In this document: piece by piece, positions 19,251-27,571 of the stretch
Numbering within the stretch: the first letter of the stretch is position 1
Layout: every line of letters begins with the position of its first letter
Position numbers and translations under genes: made by a program
The notes under the pieces: generated by a model
Told to the model about the DNA's origin: nothing
Databases searched by the model: none
What the model saw: only the letters and a program-made list of their open reading frames with translations
Source: an uncultured Clostridia bacterium
GTDB taxonomy: Bacteria; Bacillota; Clostridia; TANB77; CAG-508
Reading direction: 5' to 3'
Length of the DNA: 64,000 bases
Assembly (NCBI GenBank): GCA_963558185.1
Contig: CAUWFE010000003.1
Coordinates: forward strand, 14,135-78,134

Positions 19251-19885
19251 ATGATTATTGAACTGCCAAAAAGAATAAATTTGACTAATGCAAAAATACA
19301 AGGAAATTATTTAATACTGTATGAAAAAAATGATTTTGAAAATACCATGTATGAGCTTACATATGTGTTAAGAAAAATCGGTGCATATATTGTGGAAGAA
19401 AATTAGGTAAATATAACAAATCATTAGATCACAGATATCCACGGGTATATGGAGGAATAAGTGTAACAAATAATTTGTTTCCTTGTTGTAGTACTCATAA
19501 TTCTGAGAAGAGTGATATGAATCATGAACAGTATTTAAAGTACAAAAAATTAAGACAGAAGCAAAGAAAAGAGTTGAAAAAGACTTTCTTAGAAATGAAT
19601 GAGAAAATTCTTAAAGAAAAAGGTTTTATCTTACCTAAAAATTGGGTATTTTTTACGAACAGGAGTAAAATTCGGTTTCGAAAATACAAAAATAGCATTA
19701 GAGGAAAAAAATATGCAAAAATTGCAGAATTTTATGGAAAATATAAGAAACTGCCAAGACCTATAATAGTAGATAAAAATTACAATTTTTTAAAAGGATA
19801 TAATGTATTATTGTTTGCATGTGACAATAACATTAATATTGTTCCTGTAGTAATGCTTGAAAATGTGATTTTATTAACAAAGTAA
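19251..19885 (+). pseudogene. HNH endonuclease gene disrupted by a 1-nt deletion in an A-run
   Basis: Frame 0 reads MIIELPKRINL...TYVLRK and ends at 19406. A second frame reads NRCIYCGRKLGKYNKSLDHRYPRVYGGISVTNNLFPCCSTHNSEKSD, which is a canonical HNH signature (CxxC...DH...N...CxxC...N), and continues to 19885. One extra A in the A5 tract at 19372-19376 would fuse the two. Confidence 0.6.
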
Positions 19886-20023
19886 AAAAATGATGAGAGA
19901 TTTAATAAGTAGTAAATCTCTCATCAATTTTTCTTTAAAATATAGACATAGAATTGTAATTTATGATAAAATAAAAAACATAAAAGTAATAATAATTAGT
20001 TTGTAATGTAAGAGGGGAACAAA

Positions 20024-21085
20024 ATGAAACTAATAAAAGACCAAGTGCTGTATATAGATAATATAAAGTATGTAGTTGTTAACATGATAGAATTTGAAGA
20101 AGATCAATGGATATGGCAAGAATATGAAATCATAGATGAACACAGAATACACAAATGGTTAACAATAGAAGAAAATGAGTATAATGAAATAGAATATTAT
20201 TTATATACTACATATAGAACTTCATGTAATGGTACTGAAAAGGAATTTTCAGAAGCAGATAAAACCTATAGATTATATGACCAAGGAATTGCAAAAGTAA
20301 GAAACTATTTTGGAAATGCAGATGTAGATATGTTAGAAACTTGTGAATATTACGATTATATGAGCATTACAGATAGAACTATAATTTCAATAGAAAAATG
20401 GATAGATGAAACAGAAAAGACCATAGGTGAAAAAATAGGTAAGCACAGAATAAAAGTGGTTGAACCTGAAGTAAAAGAAATAACTACTGAAGAAATAAAT
20501 GAATTGAGACACCAAATTAATGGAAAACAAAAAGCAAAGAAAATAGCCAATACTATAGCAAGTATAGTTTTAGTATTCATAATATTAATTGGATTAACAC
20601 CTATGTTTCAAAGTTTTTTTCAAAAAAAATCAATGCGAAAATATATAGAAAAAAGTAATAAATATATATATGTAACATCTATTACAAACAATGTAAATAA
20701 AGAAAAAGCAAAGGTATATAAATCATTATTGCCTACTGTTGATTCAACAGTAAAAGATATAATTGATGGAATACCAGATGCAATAAATAAAGTTACAAAT
20801 AGTAATAGCACATCTAAGAGTATTAATAGTGATGTTGGAATACAAACAAGAGATGAATTTGCATATGTATATAAAGAGAATTCAGAAATTTTTGTACAGG
20901 TATCGAAGAAAAAATATGTAAATAACTCTAGTTCAACATATCATTCACATCATAGTCGTAGGTATTATAGTACATATAATAGTAGTGTAACAGATAAAAG
21001 TTATATGGATTATTCAAGTTCAGCTAGGCAAAAAAGTGTAAATAGCAGAACTTCAATGGGTGGAGGAACATCTTCAGGAAAATAA
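20024..21085 (+). CDS. DUF4178-like domain protein with central TM helix and Ser/Tyr/Asn-rich tail
   Basis: Soluble N-terminal domain, one TM (IASIVLVFIILIGL) and a low-complexity C-terminus. It is first in a cluster with two DUF350 proteins, SpeE and SpeH. The DUF4178 assignment is from memory and tentative. Confidence 0.45.
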   Translation: MKLIKDQVLYIDNIKYVVVNMIEFEEDQWIWQEYEIIDEHRIHKWLTIEENEYNEIEYYLYTTYRTSCNGTEKEFSEADKTYRLYDQGIAKVRNYFGNADVDMLETCEYYDYMSITDRTIISIEKWIDETEKTIGEKIGKHRIKVVEPEVKEITTEEINELRHQINGKQKAKKIANTIASIVLVFIILIGLTPMFQSFFQKKSMRKYIEKSNKYIYVTSITNNVNKEKAKVYKSLLPTVDSTVKDIIDGIPDAINKVTNSNSTSKSINSDVGIQTRDEFAYVYKENSEIFVQVSKKKYVNNSSSTYHSHHSRRYYSTYNSSVTDKSYMDYSSSARQKSVNSRTSMGGGTSSGK

Positions 21086-21101
21086 AGGAGGAAAAATAGT
21101 T

Positions 21102-21308
21102 ATGTATATAAATTGGGGAGAAATATTAAATACGATAATATATGCAGGAATAGGAACAGCATTAATGATAGGATGCATGTATGTTTTTGATTTATTAGTT
21201 CCATATGATTTTAATAAGGAATTAAAAGAAAAAAATGTGGCAGCAGGTTTTATAATAGCTGGTATATTTATTGCTATTGGTATAATAGTAAGAACTGTAA
21301 TAAAATAA
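21102..21308 (+). CDS. DUF350 small membrane protein
   Basis: Two TM helices with the DUF350 motif KNVAAGFIIAGIFIAIGII, matching the YjfL family. ATG start 10 nt after AGGAGG. Confidence 0.65.
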   Translation: MYINWGEILNTIIYAGIGTALMIGCMYVFDLLVPYDFNKELKEKNVAAGFIIAGIFIAIGIIVRTVIK

Positions 21309-21323
21309 TGGGGGAGTGAAAAC

Positions 21324-21530
21324 ATGGAAATTTTAGCAAAGATTATTGAAATGTTTATTTATGTAGCAATAGGAATTATGTTTTGCATAATAGGGTATAA
21401 AATTATACAATTAATTTTTAGAAAGAGTTTTAATATAAATGAAGAAATAAACAATTATAATAAAGCAGTTGGAATAATGCTATCAGGGATGTTTATAGGA
21501 ATAGCTATTATTATGAGTGGTGTTTTATAA
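21324..21530 (+). CDS. DUF350 small membrane protein (tandem paralog)
   Basis: Motif NKAVGIMLSGMFIGIAII, paralogous to the preceding ORF. Confidence 0.65.
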   Translation: MEILAKIIEMFIYVAIGIMFCIIGYKIIQLIFRKSFNINEEINNYNKAVGIMLSGMFIGIAIIMSGVL

Positions 21531-21531
21531 A

Positions 21532-23055
21532 ATGAAAATAAAAGAAGAAAAAGATTTTGACTACAGACTACTATTAGTAACAACGCTATTAATATCAATT
21601 TGCTCTATAATCTATGAACTATTAATAAGTAGTATAAGCTCATATTTACAAGGGGATAGTATAACACAGTTTTCAATAACAATAGGACTGTATATGAGTG
21701 CGATGGGAATAGGATCTTATTTATCTAAATTTATAAAAAATAAATTATTTAATAAATTTGTAATAATTGAATTGTCTGTAGGTATATTAGGTGGATTTTC
21801 TAGTTTAATATTATTTATGTCAAATATATACACACAGATATATAGTTTAATAATGTATGCATTAATAATATTAATAGGAATTTTTGTAGGGTTAGAAATA
21901 CCTATATTAACTAGAATAATAGAGTCACATAAAAGTAATGTAAGAAAGAATTTAGCTAATATTTTTACATTTGATTATATTGGTGGATTAATAGGTTCTA
22001 TTGCATTTCCAATAATTCTATTTCCAAAATTAGGATTTATAACAACAGCTTTATTAGTAGGGAGTATTAATATAATAGTTGCTTTGCTAATAATATTGAA
22101 ATATAATGTTTATATAGAAAACTATAAAATTACAAGAAATATATCGATATTTTGTTTAGTTATAATTGTTCTATTTTTATTTTCAGGAGAAATGATTACA
22201 AAGCAAATAGAAGAAGGATTATATAGAGATGATGTTATTTTAACAGAGCAAACGAGTTATCAAAAAATAGTGTTAACAAAGCATAAAGATGATTTACGAT
22301 TATTTTTAGATGGAAATTTACAATTTAGTAGTATAGATGAATATAGATATCATGAAGCATTAGTTCATATACCAATGTTATATGCTAAATCACATCAAAA
22401 TGTTTTAATATTAGGAGGAGGAGATGGACTAGCAGCAAGAGAAGTTTTAAAATATGATGATGTGGAAAATATAGTTTTAGTAGATATTGATAAAGAAATG
22501 ACAGAATTATGTAAAAATAATGAACAAATATCTAAGCTAAATAATGATTCTTTGAAAAATGAAAAAGTGCAGGTAATAAATGATGATGCATATATTTTTG
22601 TACAAGAAAATCAACAAAAGTTTGATGTTATAATAATAGATTTTCCAGATCCTAATAATGAAACTTTGAACAAATTATATACAAATGTATTTTATAATTA
22701 TATAAAAAATAATTTAACACCAGATGGAGTAATGGTGTGTCAGTCAACAAGCCCATATTACGCAAAAAAATCATTTTGGTGTATACATAAAACAATTAAA
22801 ACACAATTTAATACAGTAAAATCATATCATTTACAAGTGCCATCATTTGGCGAATGGGGATTTAATTTAGCTTTTAATGGTGAAAACACTATGAAAAAGT
22901 TGCAGATAAAAACACAGTATTTGACAGATGAAAATATATATTCACTATTTGAGTTTGGCAAAGATGAAATAATAGATTTAAGCACAATAGAGGAAAATAA
23001 TATGTTTAAACCAGCTCTTATAACATATTATAATGATGAAGTTAGAAATTGGTAA
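21532..23055 (+). CDS. speE: Polyamine aminopropyltransferase (spermidine-synthase family) fused to an N-terminal polytopic membrane domain
   Basis: About 200 aa with several TM helices, then the spermidine-synthase core: LILGGGDGLAAREVLKYDDVENIVLVDIDKEMTELCK and DVIIIDFPDP. The track ORF begins at GTG 21517. The ATG at 21532 follows the DUF350 stop. Confidence 0.75.
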   Translation: MKIKEEKDFDYRLLLVTTLLISICSIIYELLISSISSYLQGDSITQFSITIGLYMSAMGIGSYLSKFIKNKLFNKFVIIELSVGILGGFSSLILFMSNIYTQIYSLIMYALIILIGIFVGLEIPILTRIIESHKSNVRKNLANIFTFDYIGGLIGSIAFPIILFPKLGFITTALLVGSINIIVALLIILKYNVYIENYKITRNISIFCLVIIVLFLFSGEMITKQIEEGLYRDDVILTEQTSYQKIVLTKHKDDLRLFLDGNLQFSSIDEYRYHEALVHIPMLYAKSHQNVLILGGGDGLAAREVLKYDDVENIVLVDIDKEMTELCKNNEQISKLNNDSLKNEKVQVINDDAYIFVQENQQKFDVIIIDFPDPNNETLNKLYTNVFYNYIKNNLTPDGVMVCQSTSPYYAKKSFWCIHKTIKTQFNTVKSYHLQVPSFGEWGFNLAFNGENTMKKLQIKTQYLTDENIYSLFEFGKDEIIDLSTIEENNMFKPALITYYNDEVRNW

Positions 23056-23368
23056 TTGGAGATGTAATAAGTTGAAAGCAACAATGTACAATTATAATAC
23101 GTGGATAAAATATGAAAAAGAAGAAATTTTAATACCAAAACTTGAAAAAATATTAGAAGAAAGTGGATTCACAATAATTAAAAAAGTGGAACACTTTTTT
23201 GAAGTACAAGGATATACAGGAATATGGCTTTTAGCAGAAAGTCATTTTGCAGTACATACATTTCCAGAAGAAGATAAAATATATCTTGAAATTTCAAGTT
23301 GCGTAAAAAAATATTTTGATAGTTTTTTAGAAAAGTTTGAAAAAAATTTAAGTACTTATATGCTATAA
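23033..23368 (+). CDS. speH: S-adenosylmethionine decarboxylase proenzyme (small pyruvoyl SpeH/SpeD type)
   Basis: The self-cleavage and active-site motif LLAESHFAVHTFPEE is present. B. subtilis SpeH has ISESHLTIHSFPEH. It overlaps the speE stop. An alternative start is the ATG at 23084. Confidence 0.7.
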   Translation: MMKLEIGNWRCNKLKATMYNYNTWIKYEKEEILIPKLEKILEESGFTIIKKVEHFFEVQGYTGIWLLAESHFAVHTFPEEDKIYLEISSCVKKYFDSFLEKFEKNLSTYML

Positions 23369-23400
23369 TCAAAAAAAGTTAATTTAATATATAGATAAGT

Positions 23401-23445
23401 AAAACCTCAGAAGTTTTAAAACTTCTGAGGTTTGATAGTTTTTGT
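23401..23445. terminator. Bidirectional rho-independent terminator between speH and rpsI
   Basis: AAACCTCAGAAGTT-ttaaaa-CTTCTGAGGTTT perfect hairpin with T-runs on both sides. Confidence 0.8.
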
Positions 23446-23456
23446 ATAAAATTATA

Positions 23457-23864
23457 TTATCTCTTACTAAATTGTGGAGCTTTACGAGCTTTTTTAAGAC
23501 CGTATTTTTTTCTTTCTTTCATACGTGGATCTCTTGTTAAGAATCCATTAGATTTTAAAACTGGTCTAAATTCAGCATTTGCTTCATTTAATGCTCTAGC
23601 AATACCATGACGAATAGCTCCTGCTTGTCCTGTAAATCCACCACCTATTACAGTAGCGATTACATCATATTTTGATATTGTATTTGTAACTGTTAAAGGT
23701 TGTTTTACAATAACTTTTAAAGTTTCTGTTCCAAAATATTCATTAATATCTTTTCCATTAATAGTAATAACGCCAGAACCTTCTACTAATCTAACTCTTG
23801 CGATAGATTTTTTTCTTCTTCCAGTTCCACAGAAAACGATTTTTTCTGATTTAGCTTTAGCCAT
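23457..23864 (-). CDS. rpsI: 30S ribosomal protein S9
   Basis: C-terminal [14 protein letters not shown] and the internal [19 protein letters not shown] block. Confidence 0.9.
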   Translation of the reverse strand: MAKAKSEKIVFCGTGRRKKSIARVRLVEGSGVITINGKDINEYFGTETLKVIVKQPLTVTNTISKYDVIATVIGGGFTGQAGAIRHGIARALNEANAEFRPVLKSNGFLTRDPRMKERKKYGLKKARKAPQFSKR

Positions 23865-23906
23865 TTTAATTTCCTCCTTAAATTTCTATCTTATTTTCTA
23901 ATTATA

Positions 23907-24341
23907 TTAGAAATTCCACATTTCTGGTTTTTGAGCCATATTTTCATGTTCATTTCCAGCATAAACTCTTAATTTTGTTAACATTTTTCTTCCTAAACTA
24001 TTGTGTGGAAGCATTCCTTTTACAGCTAACATCATAGCTCTTTCAGGTTTTGTATTCATCATAACTCTAGCAGTAGTTTCTTTTAAACCACCAATATATC
24101 CTGAATGATGTCTGTAAATTTTTTGATCTAATTTTTTTCCAGTTAAAACTGCATCTTTACAATTAATGATAATAACGTGATCACCATTATCCATATTAGG
24201 AGTATAAGTAGGTTTATGTTTTCCTCTTAATAATTTAGCAGCTTCTGTTGCAACTCTTCCTAATGGTTTATTTGCGGCGTCGATTATATACCATTTTCTT
24301 TCAATTTCACTTTTCTTTATACTATATGTAGTGTTGTTCAT
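23907..24341 (-). CDS. rplM: 50S ribosomal protein L13
   Basis: Characteristic N-terminus ([32 protein letters not shown]) and the conserved rplM-rpsI gene order. Confidence 0.9.
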   Translation of the reverse strand: MNNTTYSIKKSEIERKWYIIDAANKPLGRVATEAAKLLRGKHKPTYTPNMDNGDHVIIINCKDAVLTGKKLDQKIYRHHSGYIGGLKETTARVMMNTKPERAMMLAVKGMLPHNSLGRKMLTKLRVYAGNEHENMAQKPEMWNF

Positions 24342-24522
24342 GGTAAAAAATACCCTCCATTCATAATATTATATTTATATGAAATCTTATTTATAACTAC
24401 CGGGGAGAAGTTACAAATGAGATGACATTACAAAATTATTTTAATTGCTATACTATTCTAATACAAAAATGCTAGAAAGTCAACATTTTGAATAAAATTT
24501 GTAAAAATATTTAAATTTTTAT

Positions 24523-24739
24523 TGACTTTATTTTAAATTTATGATATAAGTATATGTAGTTTTTAAGTAGCAATCCATGCTCACCTTATCGTATAGAAAA
24601 AGGTTTATACTATATAATATCCTAAGCTATGTATAAATATAGATAGGAATATATGTAATATTTGAGATGGATTGACTTATAAAATAAGTCAATTTTTTTA
24701 TGCAACCAAGTTAGGCAAAAAAATCAGGAGGTGTTTTAT
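24523..24739 (+). promoter_or_regulatory. Promoter and long leader of the infC-rpmI-rplT operon (candidate L20 autoregulatory leader)
   Basis: TTGACT, a 16-nt spacer, then extended -10 TGaTATAAG at 24523-24550. A roughly 190-nt untranslated leader runs from there to infC. Confidence 0.5.
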
Positions 24740-25249
24740 ATAAAACAAGATTTACTAATTAATGAACAGATTAGAGCTAAAGAAGTTCAAGTAATTGATA
24801 ATGAGGGTAACAAAATAGGTCCAATTTCAATTAATGAAGCATTAGATATGGCATATGACAAAAAATTAGATTTAGTATTAGTTGCACCAAATGCAGAACC
24901 AAAAGTATGCAAATTAATGAACTATGGTAAATACAAATTTGAACAGTCAAAAAGAGAAAAAGAAGCTAAGAAAAAACAAAAAACATTGGAAATGAAAGAA
25001 ATTAGAATTACACCAAATATTGAAGAACATGATTTTGGGTTTAAAGTAAAAAATGCTAAAAAATTTATTGAAGATGGAAACAAAGTAAAAGTTACAGTTC
25101 GTTTCAGAGGAAGAGAACTAAACTATGTAAAATTAGGAGAAGAAACATTAAACGAATTCATAAAAGAAATGGAAGACGTTGCTACTCCTGAGAAAAAGCC
25201 AGTATTGGAAGGTAAAAATATGTTTATTATATTAGCAAAAAAATCTTAG
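24740..25249 (+). CDS. infC: Translation initiation factor IF-3, with a non-canonical AUA start
   Basis: The IF3 sequence KQDLLINEQIRAKEVQVID matches the Bacillus IF3 N-terminus. AGGAGG at 24726-24731 sits 8 nt before an in-frame ATA at 24740. The GTG at 24731 overlaps the SD. Confidence 0.85.
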   Translation: MKQDLLINEQIRAKEVQVIDNEGNKIGPISINEALDMAYDKKLDLVLVAPNAEPKVCKLMNYGKYKFEQSKREKEAKKKQKTLEMKEIRITPNIEEHDFGFKVKNAKKFIEDGNKVKVTVRFRGRELNYVKLGEETLNEFIKEMEDVATPEKKPVLEGKNMFIILAKKS

Positions 25250-25291
25250 AAATTTGCTAATAATATATAAAAAATGCAAGGAGGAATAATT

Positions 25292-25495
25292 ATGCCAAAG
25301 TTAAAAACAAACAAAGCTGCAAAGAAAAGATATTCATATACAGCAACAGGAAAGGTAAAAAGAACAAAAGCAAATAGAAGACATCGTTTAGCTACAAAAA
25401 CACCAAGAGCAAAAGCTAGAGGAAAAGTTTTAGACGCATATGCAGATAAAACTTGTGAAGTAGGAATTAAAAAATTACTACCATATGGAAACTAA
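25292..25495 (+). CDS. rpmI: 50S ribosomal protein L35
   Basis: MPKLKTNKAAKKRY N-terminus, 9 nt after AAGGAGG. About 66 aa. Confidence 0.9.
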   Translation: MPKLKTNKAAKKRYSYTATGKVKRTKANRRHRLATKTPRAKARGKVLDAYADKTCEVGIKKLLPYGN

Positions 25496-25527
25496 AATAT
25501 AAAACAATTAAGGAAGGTGAATGAAAA

Positions 25528-25878
25528 ATGGCAAGAGTTAAAACAGCAGTAATTACTCGTAAAAAACATAAAAAAGTATTAAAAAGAGCAAAAGGTTACT
25601 ATGGAGCAAAACATTATAGATTTAGACAAGCAAAACAAGCTGTTATGAAATCAGGAATGTATGCATATGTAGGAAGAAAAGATAAAAAAAGTAACTTTAG
25701 AAAATTATGGATAGCTAGAATTAATGCAGCAGCTAGAATGAATGGAACAACATATAGCAAATTAATTGCAGGGCTAAAAAAAGCAAATATAGTTGTAAAT
25801 AGAAAAATGCTTGCAGATTTAGCAGTAACAGATCCAAAAGCTTTTACAGAAATAGCTGAAAAAGCAAAAAATGCATAA
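25528..25878 (+). CDS. rplT: 50S ribosomal protein L20
   Basis: [17 protein letters not shown]-terminus. Conserved infC-rpmI-rplT gene order. Confidence 0.9.
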   Translation: MARVKTAVITRKKHKKVLKRAKGYYGAKHYRFRQAKQAVMKSGMYAYVGRKDKKSNFRKLWIARINAAARMNGTTYSKLIAGLKKANIVVNRKMLADLAVTDPKAFTEIAEKAKNA

Positions 25879-25884
25879 AAACAA

Positions 25885-25928
25885 AAAGCACACATACGCT
25901 AATTAAAGCACATGTGTGTTTTTTTTAT
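25885..25928 (+). terminator. Rho-independent terminator after rplT
   Basis: CACACAT...ATGTGTG stem followed by T8. Confidence 0.55.
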
Positions 25929-25987
25929 AAAATTATTATGGAATACATTGAGATGGAGTCTTAACAAAGAAAGGAATTCAATAAAAT

Positions 25988-26581
25988 ATGAGAATTGGAA
26001 TTGATATTGATGGTGTTTTAACCAATTATGAAAATTTTATAAGAGTGTATGGAACAAAATTTAATTATGAAGAAAATATAGAAATGAAAAATTTAGATTT
26101 TTCAAAATATGATGAACAAGAAACATATAATTGGACAAATGAACAATATGAAAAGTTTTGGAATCAATATTTAGAGTGGTATGCTACAAAATATCCAGCA
26201 AGGGAGTATTCATCAGAAATATTAAAAACCTTAAAAAATAGAGGAAATGAAATAATTATTATTACGGCTAGAAATAACGAAGGTTTACCAAAAGAAAAAC
26301 ATCAAGAAATGAAAGTATTAGTAAAGCAATGGTTAAAAGAAAATGATATAATATATGATAAATTAATTTTTTCAGAGAGCAGTAAACGAAAAATATGTAT
26401 AGAAGAGAAGATAGATGTAATGGTAGACGATTCGCCATATGTTTTAGAAGAACTTAAAAATGATATCAAAACAGTATGTTTTGATGCAAGTTACAATAAA
26501 AATATTGAAACTATAAGAGTTTATGAATGGTATCAATTATTACAAATTTTGACAAAACATAATAAAAGTATTATAATTTAA
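25988..26581 (+). CDS. HAD-superfamily 5'(3')-deoxyribonucleotidase-like protein
   Basis: HAD motif I IGIDIDGVL. Overall resemblance to the YorS/NT5C-type 5'-nucleotidase family. Confidence 0.55.
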   Translation: MRIGIDIDGVLTNYENFIRVYGTKFNYEENIEMKNLDFSKYDEQETYNWTNEQYEKFWNQYLEWYATKYPAREYSSEILKTLKNRGNEIIIITARNNEGLPKEKHQEMKVLVKQWLKENDIIYDKLIFSESSKRKICIEEKIDVMVDDSPYVLEELKNDIKTVCFDASYNKNIETIRVYEWYQLLQILTKHNKSIII

Positions 26582-26597
26582 AAGATACTTATTAAAA

Positions 26598-26960
26598 ATG
26601 TTTTTCAGAATGGAGAAATTTAAAATGGAGTTATTACGGCAGTGGGAAGATGTAAAGACAAAGACAAAAAGAATTTTGGAACTTATAGAAACACAAAAAG
26701 TGTATTTCTATACTGTAAACGAAGGCAATAAGGAAGCTGCAAGAGATTTATATAACGAAGAAATTTTAGAATTTTCAAAATTATTTTATGATGTATATCA
26801 TTCAATGGAAGATATAAAAAAAGCAGGGTATGAAGAAAAATTTATATACTTTCCAAGTAGAGAAAACTGCAAAGTTATTTGCATGATTTTAGTTATACGT
26901 AATGCTTTGGGAAAATATCGTTTCCCATTATATGTGAAGTCTTCTGATCTGATATCTTAA
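26598..26960 (+). CDS. Hypothetical protein
   Basis: ORF only, with no recognised motif. Confidence 0.3.
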   Translation: MFFRMEKFKMELLRQWEDVKTKTKRILELIETQKVYFYTVNEGNKEAARDLYNEEILEFSKLFYDVYHSMEDIKKAGYEEKFIYFPSRENCKVICMILVIRNALGKYRFPLYVKSSDLIS

Positions 26961-27104
26961 AGAATTATCATTTATACTTAAAAGATTTAGTGGAATTAAT
27001 GTCAGAAAAAGATATTGATGAAGATATGAGATATTGGGCTATGCATGAGTTCTTAAAGTATCCGGAAGTTGAGTATGTTGTAAAAATTATATTATGAAAA
27101 ACAA

Positions 27105-27139
27105 AAGGCTGTCATAAATTTGACAGCCTTAACCTTTTT
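27105..27139. terminator. Bidirectional terminator at the convergence point with the spoVA operon
   Basis: AAGGCTGTCA-taaattt-TGACAGCCTT perfect hairpin with T-runs on both strands. Confidence 0.75.
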
Positions 27140-27174
27140 ATATAACAAATTAAATATATGCTAAAGTGATTTTT

Positions 27175-27561
27175 TTATTGCTTTTTAATTTTTGGTTTTG
27201 ACATTATAGAAGCAATATATCCGAAGAAAATTGCAGCAGCAATTCCACCAGCAGCCATTTTAACACCACCAATAAAAGCACCTAAAAGTCCACTTGTTTG
27301 AACTTCAGTAATTGCACCTTTGGCTAAATTTGCGCCAAAACCAGTTAATGGAACAGTAGCACCACAACCAGCAAAATCTATAATGTATTGATATAAACCT
27401 AAGCCACCTAAAATAGCTCCAACAGTAACAAAAAGTACTAAAATCCTAGCAGAAGTTAACTTAGTTTTATCAATTAATATTTGTGCAATTACACAAATAA
27501 GACCACCAACAATAAAGCAACGTAACATTAAAGACCAGTCAATAGTTTGCAAAAAATCCAT
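27175..27561 (-). CDS. spoVAE: Stage V sporulation protein AE (SpoVAEB-type small membrane subunit)
   Basis: Small polytopic membrane protein with the SpoVAC/AEB family fold (GGLICVIAQILID, GAGATVPLTGFGANLAKG). Last gene of the spoVAC-AD-AE trio. Confidence 0.75.
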   Translation of the reverse strand: MDFLQTIDWSLMLRCFIVGGLICVIAQILIDKTKLTSARILVLFVTVGAILGGLGLYQYIIDFAGCGATVPLTGFGANLAKGAITEVQTSGLLGAFIGGVKMAAGGIAAAIFFGYIASIMSKPKIKKQ

Positions 27562-27571
27562 ATTTACCCCC

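Noticed and set aside
24731-24739. GTG at 24731 as the infC start, as in the ORF track
   Set aside because: It overlaps the AGGAGG Shine-Dalgarno. The in-frame ATA at 24740 has correct spacing and matches IF3 N-termini.
26998-27099. A 33-codon ORF (MSEKDIDEDMRYWAMHEFLKYPEVEYVVKIIL) just upstream of the bidirectional terminator
   Set aside because: It has a weak RBS and no recognisable family. It could be a real small protein, but the evidence is insufficient.
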